A stretch of 64,000 bases of DNA from Podarcis muralis (Eukaryota): the NCBI RefSeq assembly GCF_964188315.1, contig NC_135656.1, positions 25,234,001-25,298,000 of the forward strand. Direction: 5' to 3'. Made by a program: the position numbers and the translations under genes. The notes below the pieces were generated by a model that was not told where the DNA came from, did not search any database, and saw only the letters and a program-made list of their open reading frames with translations. This document shows positions 47,685-60,002 of this stretch, piece by piece (the first letter of the stretch is position 1; the number at the start of each line of letters is the position of its first letter).

Positions 47685-48873
47685 CTGATGGAAATGTTTT
47701 CCGCTCTGGTTAAAATATATCTGTCAATAACGGGCAGGCTACATGCAGGAGTGGCCGCAAACAGTTTTTCAGATGACGGTACTGTCAAACAGAGATAGGC
47801 ATGCAGGCCAAAAAGTCCTGCTAGGCTGGTTTTCAAAACGCTGTCTTCATGGGAGGTACAGCAAAAGCGTGAATTGGAACATGAAGCACTATGTCTGTGC
47901 TTGACTAGAAAGCACATATATGTTGTAGAATAAATTATGTATATATATTTTTTACAAAACTTGAACTTGCAGGCAAGCTTTGGTTGAGTGGTATTGTTTG
48001 TCGTCTATTTTTCTCTCTCTGTCTCCCAAAATGCTTCTCTCTTGGGAACAAGAATGTTTTTAATGGCATAACAAAGGCAAGAGACGGCCTTACTATTTTT
48101 TTAATGTTGCTGCTAACTACATGAACACAAATTGTAATTATTTTTTGTCGCAGTGTAGTATTTGTTTTTTTCTCTTTTATATATCCTTTTTTTAAAAAAA
48201 ACAACAACAACAAAAACGCAAAACAGAAACAGAAAAGGGGGAAATCCTCAGTGTTGAACTTGTTAGTTTCAAAGCTCTCTGTCAGACAAAGTGACTGGTG
48301 ATGCTAGGGAATCTGAACTTTTGATGAGGCCAGTAGATTGGTGGCTAGAATCAATTTCTCTTTGTACTATCCAGTTACATAAGAAGTATTATGTAACACA
48401 ATGCCATGCAGTAGCCTACAGCAAGATATATATTTTTTAATTTGTGTTTGGGAATGGAATGGGAGTCACCCCCCCCCAAAAAAAATCCAAAATGTGTTTT
48501 GATTTCAAAGCTACCTAAGTGAATACCAAAGAGAAAAAATGCACACATTTGCACAGCTTTTTACTTAAACAGAGCAGGTTGCTTTCAGACTATCTTTCTT
48601 CCCCAAAGGTCCTTACGCATGTAGTATTTTTTTTTTTAATGCACCTTATTCTAAAACAAAAGACTCCTTTTTTTGCCCCACCCTTTTCTGGGCAAATAAA
48701 CTTCTGATCTTAAAGAGGAGGAGGAGAAGAAACTGAGTGAAAGGGAGCAAACATATGTTATTTCTTGTTTGCAAAACAGCAAGACTGTGGCAGAAAGTCA
48801 ACTAAGAAGTCATGCATTCCAGACCAGTTTTTAGAACACAGAACCCTGTTAGAAGTGGAGCAGGATTTTGCAG

Positions 48874-48954
48874 GGACTGCAATCCTAGAGGCAGCTGGGG
48901 AAAAGCCCTATTAGTATGTCTTACTTCTGAGTGGACAAGTATAGGATTGTATTG
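48874..48954 (+). mobile_element. Short palindromic MITE in KCNJ2 3' UTR
   Basis: ggactgcaatcctag...cttacttctgagtggacaagtataggattg. Confidence 0.6.
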
Positions 48955-51072
48955 TGAGCCATCAAACGGAACCAAGGCCATAGTTACGATCCATTTGACG
49001 TTTAATCCAGCTTTGTTACACGTTGGCAAAACCATCGTTTCAGCCATAGAGATAGACTTGACCATACGCAGTAGGCTGCCATGAACAAAGCAACAGGCTG
49101 CTCCCAGGAGATAGGAAACTGACGTGGAATAATCTGATGCAAGGAGATCAGTGGCTTCTCCTTGCCAGGGTGATGGGGGGAGGAGTATGCTAAAATTTTT
49201 CTAGATTGTTTGTCAGGGGGGTGGGGGTGGGCAGGTGAGTTTGAAGGGAACAATACTGTAAAAGAGTTCCCTCTTTTTGTTTTCCGACGACTTGAGAAAG
49301 CCACGATGGGATGATCGACAGACATAGCAATATATCTTCACCGAAATCTTTAAACAGCTATTGCGACCGACTGCTGAACCGTGGCTTTAATGGCATTTGG
49401 AGGCCCCTTGCCAAGAATGCTTTAAAAATTCTCCCTGCCTCGTAAGATCAAGTGTACCGTTTCAGTGGCACCCATAGGTTATAGACGTACGAGCCCTACC
49501 AGCAGGTGGAAGAAGGAGGTGATAACTGAGGGAATAAACCTTAAATTCTTTTACAGTATTGGATCTCCCTGTATGCCATTAAAAAATAGCTTGTTCTGGG
49601 TCTAATGCTGTTCCTAATAATCCTCTGCGAAGCTTTCCGGGCCACAGTTGCCATGTCAGAAGGAGACAAATTCAGTAATGTGGCATTTCCCAGTTAGAAT
49701 GAACTTTGCAGAGTTGGTGGGTTCGAAACTGCAGAAATTGGAGATGGTGTTATATAGGCAGGTTTGTTTGTTGTTCCTCTTAAGTCAGATATTGTTTATG
49801 TACCATGAACTGAGGCTAATTCTGAAGAGTGAAAAAAGGAGGTTGGGGGGGGGGGGCACAGTACTAAATATGCATGGCAACCTGACTGGAGTCTCTGGGT
49901 CAGGGAAACAATGAAAGCAATTGAACATGACTCGTGCTGCTATTGTGATATATTTTGCAAAGGAAAATAAAGAGCAAACCAAAGAGTATTTAGTGACATG
50001 TCAAACAAAGAAGGGAGGAAACTGCTCCAAAATGCACAAAGTTCCCACTTGCAAGACTTGAGACATTAAAGGGAAAGGTGGGTTGAGAAAGTGTTGAATA
50101 TATTTGTTTTAAAAACAAACACACAGAGAAAGGGATTTTGGTTTTTTCCCCCTTAAAAAAAATCAAATCTAATATTTCTTTTCTTTTCCCGGTGCAGAGT
50201 TGATTTTTCTTTTCCTGAGAAGCAGGGTTTTGTGTTTTCAGAATTTTTTTTAACGAAAATGTACATTTTTTAAAATAAAGTTTATCAAGTATTTTCATAT
50301 TTAAAGCCAAATGTAAATAGAGAAGTCCATTGGAAAAGAAAAACGATAGGAGAAAAGGCCAAGATGGCATCAGTTAGAACCTATGATGCTACAGGTTAGC
50401 ATGGTTTTTAGCAAATAATTGCAAGCCTTATGGGATTTATAATGCTATGAGTTATTTTTTTGTTATTTATTTAGGCATGGATGTTTAACTTGATTGTGTT
50501 TGTCCTTGCTATGGGCTTTTTTCATTCCTTTTTTTTCTTGCATTCAGATTGCTACAGACTTGATGAGAGTGGTTAATCTATTGCACTCTTTGTCGGGGTA
50601 TGTTTCTCTTCCTCAAATAACCCTTTGTCTTTACCTGTTTGCTTCTGCATGTGAAAAAAACACGCTAAAACGAAACCTTCCTTTATGTATATATCATGGT
50701 ACCTACTGGCCCTTAATTGTCCTCATGATGTTCTTTTTTAACAAACAAACAAACAAGCAAGCTCAACATGCCTTGGGAGGCTCAGCCTTAGGTTCCATGA
50801 CCATTGTGAAGCTATCGAAAGATTATTTTTGAAGCAGCTGATCACAAGGGACAATTGTGCAAAGTGTTGAGCAAGTATAGATTTGTGGTGCAATAGCTCG
50901 CCACTTACACCGATGGGAAATTTCCCCACTGACGTCACTGGAATGTAGACTGCATGCAGACCTGAGTCCTCAAGCCACAAATAAGAGCTTTGAGACAAGC
51001 AGTAATTTTCCTTTTCCCTAGAAATACTTGAATGGGGGTGGGGGGGTGCGGGCTTCTCTTGTACGTAACTAA

Positions 51073-51172
51073 CAGTGCAATCCTGAGCGGGTCTACTACT
51101 CAGAAGTAAGTTCCATTGCTTCAACAGGGACTTACTCCCAAGGAAGTGGGCACACAGTATAGGGTTGCAGCC
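51073..51172 (-). mobile_element. Short palindromic MITE in KCNJ2 3' UTR, TAA/TTA flanks (PIF/Harbinger-like)
   Basis: TAA|cagtgcaatcct...ctcagaagtaagttccattg...gggacttactccca...agggttgcagcc|TTA. Confidence 0.7.
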
Positions 51173-51772
51173 TTATTATCTCGCTCGTGCAACAAAGGCT
51201 ATGGGTTGCTGTAGTTTCTCAACCGTGGCCTGGTGTGCAAGGTTTTAAAATGAATAAAAATGTGTGTATTCTTTGGGTACATGGTTCAGTCACAGATTCG
51301 CCCCCCCCTTCATAACTATTCATTCTATGGCACATGCATTTGGCAAAGACAAAGGGTTCTGAATCTGATATTTTTGCTCTCTTATTTTTGCTCTCCTTTT
51401 TATTTGTTGGGGTGGGGTTGCAAAGTAAAAACCGATAAGTACTGTAATGTCTTCTTTTTCTAAAAACAAAAAACAAAAAACCCCCAAAAACCTGGCTGCT
51501 GTTGTTGATCATTTTTAAGGTAGGAGAGTGCTGCGCAGTTGCCACCCCACAGGCAACTGGAGAGACCTCTCTCTTCTCGTAAATGGATTTTCTGTCCTGC
51601 AGCTGTTTGTAAGGTGAACAAAACCAACAGGCATTTGACAATCGTTCTCCTTTACTTATTTTCCTGTTTGCAGCCTTTTGTATCAAAGTCTTCCTAATGT
51701 ACTGCACAAATCATGGACTGTACAAAATTTTTATATATATATTATGTCTTATTTTATTATTTCTTAAAAAAA

Positions 51773-51784
51773 AATAAAAATAAA
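51773..51784 (+). terminator. KCNJ2: KCNJ2 polyadenylation signals (tandem AATAAA)
   Basis: AATAAA at 51773-78 and 51779-84 after a UA-rich stretch. Confidence 0.7.
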
Positions 51785-52105
51785 AGTATTCTTGCATATT
51801 TGACGCCGAATCTCTTTACAAGCAGCAACACAGCAGCTTGATTGCATAAGCATGCTCTGCCCGTCTGAGTGCAATGTGCAGCTAGCTACCCTCTTTTTGG
51901 ATGTGTCCCAATCGCTGCAGCAGATTCTCAGCCTGTATGAGATTATGCATTCTAAGCCTGTATGGGATAATGATCAGGCCCCATCTCATTTATGACAACA
52001 CGAACAGTGGGAATCTAGATCACACCATTTGAGGCAGGGGGTAGCTTGTGCAACAAAATTAATTTGCTCCTTATTTCTCTAGTAAGTGTCACTGTCAGGC
52101 CCGCA

Positions 52106-52108
<3 letters not shown>

Positions 52109-52150
<42 letters not shown>
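52109..52150. repeat. (GT)21 microsatellite
   Basis: Direct reading; abuts a MITE. Confidence 0.95.
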
Positions 52151-52151
<1 letters not shown>

Positions 52152-52152
<1 letters not shown>

Positions 52153-52377
52153 AGTGGTACCTCTGGTTATGAACTTAATTCGTTCCGGAGGTCTGTTCTT
52201 AACCTGAAACCATTCTTAACCTGAGGTACCACTTTAGCTAATGGGGCCTCCTGCTGCCGCTGGTGTGCGATTTCTGTTCTCATCCTGAGGTAAAGTTCTT
52301 AACCCGAGGTACTACTTACAGAGTCTGTAACCCGAAGTGTTTGTAACCCAAGGTGTTTGTAACCCGAGGTACCACTG
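52152..52377. mobile_element. Tc1/mariner MITE, family A
   Basis: TA|cagtggtacctc ... gaggtaccactg; right TA absent, followed by a re-duplicated TIR piece and (CA)13. Confidence 0.9.
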
Positions 52378-52392
52378 AGTAAACTGAGGTAC

Positions 52393-52423
<31 letters not shown>

Positions 52424-52550
52424 ACTGTGCGATCTTAGTGTCATCTTTTTAAAAGTGGACTCCTTTACAGTTGAAGCTTCGCTGTGTTTGTGAACAAAAA
52501 CCTTATTCAGTTTTGCATATTAAATGTTCAGAAGCCTGATTGAAACCTGA

Positions 52551-52672
52551 TGGGTGGTATCCAATTTTTACCATATGCTGAGTAGGGCCATTGAAACTGA
52601 TAGGCTCAAATTAATCCCACTGATTTCAATGGGTCTACTACTCTGAGTTTCCCTTAGCTGAACGCCAACCTA
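52551..52672. mobile_element. Old palindromic MITE (cccattgaaa/tttcaatggg core)
   Basis: gctgagtagggccattgaaa ... tttcaatgggtctact.ctctgag form inverted arms. Confidence 0.55.
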
Positions 52673-54030
52673 TCCTACTAGTGGTCTTCCTCTTCCTCTC
52701 CAGTGCAGGGGAACATTTTATATAGATAACATTTCAAAGTTGCAACCCTTCCCTCTGCTGATGCGACACTAGTGAAACATTAGGCCCTCTCCCATTGGCT
52801 ACTACCATGAGCTGCAATTCCTCTTCCCATCAGATAGGATGCTGCCTCTTCTAACATGATGCTCTTTTAATCTGAAAATGCCACAATTGGGAGGTCATAG
52901 AATTGTAGTCCAAGCTCCTGCAATGTGGGTATATTCAGCTATCCCATACTGCAGAGGTTTTCAACCATTCTGAGTCCATGGCTCTTGTCTTGACCAACTA
53001 GATTCTTTCTGCGGCACCCCTGTGGGGCTCAGGAGCCCAGTTACGTCACCCCTTGCCTGCGGAGCTGGCAGCCTCTCACCCTTTTTCGAACACCCTCCCT
53101 TCTGGAGTGTTCCCTCAGCCCTCTTCTCTTTCCTTGGGGGTCTTCTGGGCAGCTGCTGCCACCACCCTGGTCTCTTGGCTGCCCCAAAGAGAAGTGCCTC
53201 CTCACATTGTCCCACAGGGGCCTGGGACTTGTCCTGTCCATTCCCAACAGCAAGGGCTGGCAGACTTGCTTGCTTACTCCAAGGCTGCTTCAGGTCCTGA
53301 CCAGTCCCATTCACTTGGGGAACATGTAGCTAAGCTGCTGCGACAAACAGCAGTGCAAGCATTTGGGAGGCAGAGACATGAGAGGACATCAGAGGAGGGA
53401 GGGAAGGAAAGGAAAGGGGGACAGAGGCCAGCATTGCCCATGGCACCCCTGACCACCATTCAAGGCACCCCAGGGTGCCATGGCACACTGCTTGAAAACC
53501 ACTGCCATACAAGGATCAAACCAGCAAATTTGTCATTATCAACTCCATGCCCCAACCAACTGATGATTCCAGGGCATAGGGCAGTTACCTGTAGGAGCTG
53601 TTCACATGCAACCCTATTCAATTCTCACCTGCCCATCCATGGTTTCAGTATCTGATAACCCAGCCCCACTTCCACACAAATTTCAGAGAGGAAATTGACC
53701 ATTTGGCTGTTTACATGGAGTTCTCAGTGAAAGAAGGTGTTTGGTATACTAGTAGCATGAGTATAAGCAAATTCAGTATTTATGAATGCCCGGTGGCATT
53801 TTGGTTCCAAGATCTCTCCTAGTACTGATCTAGTGTGGCATAGGATCTATGTGCCTGCGGTTCAGATCTTTCCTCTGCCGCAAATGTAGCCTAAGGCAAT
53901 TCTCCCTCCATCTCCCAGTCTCAGCCACTAAGTGTATTATGATAATAAGAGTGATCTTATAGGGCTGGGTTCCATAGTGCATTGTCTAAGCTAGTATTAT
54001 TAGATGCAGACAACCATAGCACTTTCAGTA

Positions 54031-54386
54031 AAGGTAAAGGTACCCCTGCCTGTACGGGCCAGTCGTGTCCGACTCTAGGGTTGTGCGCCCATCTCACTTA
54101 AGAGGCCGGGGGCCAGCGCTGTCTGGAGACACTTCTGGGTCACGTGGCCAGCGTGACGAAGCTGCTCTGGCGAGCCAGCGCAGCACACGGAAACGCCGTT
54201 TACCTTCCCACTAGAAAGCGGTCCCTATTTATCTACTTGCACTTAGGGGTGCTTTCGAACTGCTAGGTGGGCAGGAGCTGGGACCGAAAGACGGGAGCTC
54301 ACCCCGCCGCGGGGATTCGAACCGCCGACAATGCGATCGGCAAGCCCTAGGCGCTGAGGTTTTACCCACAGCGCCACCCGCGTCCC
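54031..54386 (-). mobile_element. Sauria SINE, young copy with TSD
   Basis: CpG-rich and full length; TSD ACTTTCAGTA at 54021-30 and 54387-96. Confidence 0.92.
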
Positions 54387-54616
54387 ACTTTCAGTAGTGG
54401 AGGCTGTTGCCCGTGGAACTAGCTGGAGCCCATGATAGCCAGAGCGAAGTAATTCTAGTTTTGTCCTCAACCTTCTCCCTGCTGAGTTCTACAAGGGCAA
54501 TGCTGAGACTAAGAAGGAGGAATTTGACAGCCTGTGAGACCTCCTGGGCTGGTTGTAAGAAAAATGGCAGACAGGTCGGGCAGACTGCTAATGGCAGACT
54601 GTGGTTGTTGCCTCAT

Positions 54617-55059
54617 TTGCCATGTCCAACAGATAGATCTACTGGTAGATCGTGAGGTGTTCCTGGTAGATCTCTGGCCCCTCAGTGATCTACTCCCCCC
54701 CCCAAAAAAAAGCTGAACAACTTTGGCTTCCCCCAAAATCTAAAAGAAGATGGCTTCCTCCAAAAAGCTCAAGAACTTTGCCTTTCCTAAAAAAAGCTCC
54801 ATCAGATTAAGGTCCACTATTTGACTGCGGATTCAGAACTCTAAACTGTGTTTTATATGATCGACTTTTTATTATGCTCTGTGTCTGTCATCGCAATGCT
54901 CATTCAAATCATTCGCTTCCTTAAAAAAAGCTCAACAACAACTTTGCCTTTCCCCCAAAAGCCCAACAACTTAGGTCCATCCAATGACAATGGGTAGATT
55001 ACTGCCAGTTTTTTTAGACTGTGAGTAGATTGCAGTCTATTGGGAGTTGGGCGTCCCTG
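54617..55059. mobile_element. hAT-like MITE with internal aaaaagctcaacaactttg repeats
   Basis: Right end gttgggcgtccctg; gtagatc/gatctac sub-terminal motifs at both ends; left TIR degenerate. Confidence 0.55.
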
Positions 55060-56977
55060 CCCTAACAGATCTGCTTCCATTGACTTTCAGAGGCTATTTT
55101 ACAAGCACAGTAGCAGATGGCATGGTAGAGTGGCAGAACACACCTAACCTGAGAGCTGAGTTACTGTTGGAGGGAGGTGGTATCGAGGTTGGCGTGATGG
55201 CAGACCTTCCGGCAAGCATGCCAGATTGCCTCTGCCATTGTGTCTGCACCATCCTGACCTTCCTGCTGCCTTGCCCCTCTCCATAAGCAACAGCAACTCA
55301 GGTCTCAGGAGGTCAGGTGAGCGCTTCTGATCCTCCAATCTGTCTGCTACTGTTTACAAATACACTCTGAAAGATCTATACTAATGCCTTTCTGGTGCTG
55401 TGCCATAGTCAGAGGTCCATATTAAGGAGATTTGCAGCAGATTCCCTCACCACCCGATACATGCATTCTAAGGAAAGGCCCTCAGGCATATTTCATGAAC
55501 TCAAATTTGCATGCAAAAACTCAACTTTGATATTCTTCCAATTATTGATGTTGAGGGGGTGGGGGAATGGAGGTGTCAAAGTATAATTAGCAAGCTAATG
55601 CTTAACCATATTGCTTCTAGCAGCAATCTGACTTAAGATTCAGTTGTTGAATGCTATCCCTTAGCAGGATTAACTGAACAGGAAAAGCCAGAGCTCAGAC
55701 CTTTGCAAGGAATTTCAGATCTTAAATTCACATGGTATTTTGCTTCATTATCCATGCATTAATCAGGTAAACAACTCAAATATACTACATTTCCCCAAAG
55801 ACGTTTTGGTATATTTTTTTAAAAGCTATAAAATAGAACAATGCATTGCAGCTGTGAATTGGACTTAATAGGGAGTCAGCTGCAAAAAGCAAAACCACAA
55901 AATGAAACACTTTGGTGAATAAATGCTTTTACTACTCTGATCTATCATGAACATATTATCACAACATCCCTTCTTTTGCAGAGGAGTTTTTTCCTGTGGG
56001 AGAAAATCTCTAGTGGTTGTAATTTATCTCCATGCCAAATAAGAGTGCTTACCTCATTCGTAGTCTTGCATTAACTGAAGTGGCTTATGTTTGCCCTACA
56101 TATTCTTTATTTATTCTTTATATTTATTAGCTGGCTCATAAACTTATTTCTCTAGATGATGCCCAATGTTCACACAGAGATATTTGTTAGCTCCAGGGCA
56201 GATGCATATTCATATATTGTGCCCAAACAAGGTATCAAATACACCAACAGCAATCTCTTACAGCAATAAAATAACCCACAAAAAGTCATAATGCGTAAGA
56301 GGCTGGATGCACATAGCACCCCCAGAATATGACATTGAAACCCAAAAATCTAATAATATGCAGCACACATCCTTCCTTCTCAATTTAGTTTTCTGCAGTG
56401 TGTTTCTACAATGCATATCTGGCATTGTAATCTGTGGAGAACAACAAACCATGAACCATAGTTTAGACATAAAAACAAGGCAGGCTATCACTTGACCCTT
56501 TCTCAGAGTGGCAAGAATAGAGGAGGAACAGATTGGGTACTTTTGAGCAGTATGCAACTTGCATGCTGCTCATTCAGTTTAAACCATATTTTATGTTAAC
56601 TGTGGTTTGATGTATGAACCAGCTCCCCAACCCTGTATGGCTTGAGTGGCTGCAGTGTAGCACATATAGACTGCAGCGTAGACAGAAGAATGACTAGACT
56701 TCAGTTGTTTTTCTTTTGATTGGTCAGCATAAGAATGCAGGAATGCAGATCATAAAGTAGCAATTATTCATATCGCAGTGACTGATCAACGAAAAGTTAA
56801 GTTGGTTTCTTCAGGAAGGAAGTAAACTTTTCCCAGCTTTTTGATGTGCAAGCAATATAACTTGAATCAGACCCAAATACATATGCTGTGCATTTCAACG
56901 AATAGGAGCAACCTATTGAAAATGGAATCCACAGCTTAGTCCCCGTTCCTGTTCTATGTGGCTTGCACAGTCTAGGC

Positions 56978-57308
56978 CAGGGGTCTGCAACCCGCGGCTC
57001 CGGAGCCGCATGTGGCTCTTTTACACCTTTGCCGCGGCTCCGAGGCGGATCCTAGCGAGGGGAGGAGGCGCATTGTGCGCCCCGACACTCCCCACTGTGG
57101 GGGGCGCTGTACTGGCTGTGACGTTGCATGGGGGCGGTGCGTGCGTTAGTCACGCACCGTCCTGACTTCACCTTCCCGCCCGCTGTCAAATCGGAGGGCA
57201 GCGGCGCGCATGCTTTAAATGTCGCAATGGTTTTGCGGCTCCCAGTTTTTTTTTTCTTCAGAAACGGGTCCAAGTGGCTCTTTTTGTCTTAAAGGTTGCA
57301 GACCCCTG
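56978..57308. mobile_element. Young hAT MITE
   Basis: Perfect TIRs caggggtctgcaacc / ggttgcagacccctg; perfect 8-bp TSD GTCTAGGC (56970-77, 57309-16); CpG-rich. Confidence 0.95.
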
Positions 57309-57628
57309 GTCTAGGCGATAGTCCTTCTCTAAGACACTTTGTAAAATGACAGCATCTCTAAACCGCATTTTCCCCATTAGTAAAAGGGGAAAGAATGCTG
57401 TAATGAAGTCATGCTTCCAGGGAACTCCGTTGGTATTACAGGAGCTATTCATGTCACAGCCAGCTGTGCCTTCTCGGGGGAGATTTGAGATGAAGTGAGC
57501 TGTGATCAGTGGTGAGCTCTTTCATGCATCTGTTGGCACTTAGCCATTAGCAGTTAGGTTTGCAAGCACCATGTCTCCTTTATTCACTGTTCTGAGCTCA
57601 TGTGGGCATCATCATTCTTTTATTATAT

Positions 57629-58226
57629 CAGACCCTCCAAGTGCCCCTATTTTCCAGGGACTACCTGATTTGGAGACACCATCCCGGCTTCTAATTTGAT
57701 CCTGGAATGTACCACTTTTCCTTAGGAAAGCTCTATTTTCATTGGAGAAATGTCGGAGGGTTTGGAGTTACCTGACCCCTAGAGCCATCTGAAGGCAATC
57801 CTGTACAGTCATACCTTGGAAGTCGAACGGAATCTGTTCCGGAAGTCTGTTCAACTTCCAAAACTCACAGAAACCAAAGCGCGGCTTCTGATTGGCTGCA
57901 GGAAGCTCCTGCAGCCAATCGGAAGCTGCAGAAGTCCCATTGGACGTTCGGCTTCCAAAAATAGTTTGCAGACTGGAACAGTCACTTCCGGGTTCACAGC
58001 ATTCGGGAGCCAAAACTTTTGAGAACTAAGCTGTTCGAAAACCAAGGTACAACTGTATAGGGAAGTTATTTTTAAAAAATGTTTAATGTTTTATTATGTT
58101 TTATATATGTTGGAAGCCGCTAAGAGTGGCTGGGGCAACCCAGTAAAATGTGTGGGTATAAGTAGTAAAATTATCACTATGGAGTGGGATGTCCCTATTT
58201 TCGTCGGAGAAATGTTGGAGGGTATG
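57629..58226 (+). mobile_element. Composite element: MITE unit + L2 tail + second MITE arm, with nested mariner MITE
   Basis: cagaccctccaa...ggaggg, linker, L2 tail (ttggaagccgc..gagtggctggggcaaccc), then gatgtccctattttc..ttggagggtatg; TTATAT on both flanks. Confidence 0.7.
57806..58055. mobile_element. Tc1/mariner MITE, family D
   Basis: TA|cagtcataccttgg ... ccaaggtacaactg|TA. Confidence 0.85.
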
Positions 58227-59015
58227 TTATATAATGTAACCCTAACACTGATGCCTAAATATCTGCAGGTCTCTTTAAGAGAGAGTTTCTCAGTGAAAAA
58301 GATCTAAAAAGTGTGTTACATTCCAGACCACATTTTTCATCTCCAGTAATTATTTCCAAATTTGCATCTATAAATCAGCAAAAATAATCACATTTGTATC
58401 ACTCCCTACCTCACTCCTTGATTTGCTTCAATCTGCTGTCCAGTTGCTAATTGTTGGTGAGAAGCTTCCAGGTCTTCCCTGCTCTCCCCTTTTAGGGTTA
58501 TCTTTAAACTTAACTTGGGCGGGACAGCCTTTCAACTAGAGAACTATATTGCAACCAACTAGCTACTTACTATTGTTACAAAAGTTGGGTGCCACCCCCA
58601 CTCTCTGCTGAGCGGTAGCAAGTCCCAGAGGGTTCCAGGCACTCACCTTGGGTCTGTGTTCCTTTGGAGAAATGAGACAGAGCGGAGACTGTTGTAGCTT
58701 TAAGAAATATGGCTTATTCACCTATTTACACCTTCAGTCTGCATGGAAGGAGTCCAAATCTTACAGCAGGGTCATTTCAAGAGGGGCTTATTCCCCACAG
58801 CACTGCAACCATGGAGTCCAAGGCATCTCTCCCAGCCAGCCTGCAGCCAGCCTGCCCAAAATGGATCCCACTCTTTCTTCTTATTGCTTCTTCCCAGAAT
58901 ACCATGCCAAAAACACTGTTTTTCCTGTCACTCCACCCAATTACCCTGGCAACCTTCAATTAACCCCAGTAAATGTTCATACCTCAGGGCAAAGGGGAAG
59001 AACAGTTATCTTGTA

Positions 59016-59260
59016 CAGTAGTACCTTGGGTTACAGACGCTTCAGGTTACTGATGCTTCAGGTTACAGACTCCGCTAACCCAGAAATATTACCTCGGGTT
59101 AAGAACTTTGCTTCAGGATGAGAACAGAAATCATGCTCTGGCGGCGGCACAGCGGCAGTGGGAGGCCCCATTAGCTAAAGTGGTACCTCAGGTTAAGAAC
59201 AGTTTCAGGCTAAGAACGGACCTCCAGAACGAATTAAGTTCTTAACCCGAGGTACCACTG
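59016..59260. mobile_element. Tc1/mariner MITE, family A
   Basis: TA|cagtagtaccttggg ... cccgaggtaccactg|TA. Confidence 0.9.
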
Positions 59261-60002
59261 TATTGCCAAATAGGTACAATCAATATCACTACAAGTGTTA
59301 TCCAAAGAGAAGTTAGAGATTAATAAAGTTGATAAATATAATAGACAACATCTTTCAGTGCACAATCTTATAAGCTGAGAAAGGAATTAAGAAAAAAAAT
59401 GAAATTATAGACCTTTCACGGCATGTGGTTCAAAGGAAGAAGTAATGTTTGCAGAAATGTATGCTAGAAGAGTTAAGAAAAGTTAAGTCCAACTATTGCA
59501 GGTGTGAGTGTACTGTGCTGTTGTCAATGGTTGTATCAGTGGAAGGGGCAAAACCTTGTTTGCTATCTGCCTTTTCAATGGTGCTTGTGCCAGAGAACTT
59601 CTTGGTCTGTTGTCCTCCACCCTGTTTTACTAATGGTAATAAGAGTTTTCAGAGATCAAGGAGTCCTTGGCACCATTTCTGGTTCTTCAGTTACATCATT
59701 CATCAGCCAAGGTATTGTGTATCACATTTTAAGGTTGTTGTGCCAAGTGCCAGAACTATAGAAAATGTTAAGAACAGCAAGGATTTGCTTTCGTGCTAGC
59801 TGTTTTCCAAGATACAACCCCTATGGGGATTTTTTATACATAGGTTAATGTAATTAGGAGCACATGACATCTTTAAATGTCTGATTCAAATCATATTTGT
59901 TATTAACTGCTCCCTCACAGCAGTCAAGGCTGCTGCCACCATTGCTCAGGACAAGCACCGGCTCACATACATCCCAAAAGTTGATGGCAGTCACACTGAT
60001 GG

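Larger units (their letters stand above)
47685..51800 (+). other. KCNJ2: KCNJ2 3' UTR (about 4.1 kb, end approximate)
   Basis: AU-rich region largely free of young TEs, running from the stop to a tandem AATAAA; blocks such as aaaacttgaacttgcaggcaagc and ttttaatggcataacaaaggcaagac recall the mammalian UTR. Confidence 0.65.
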
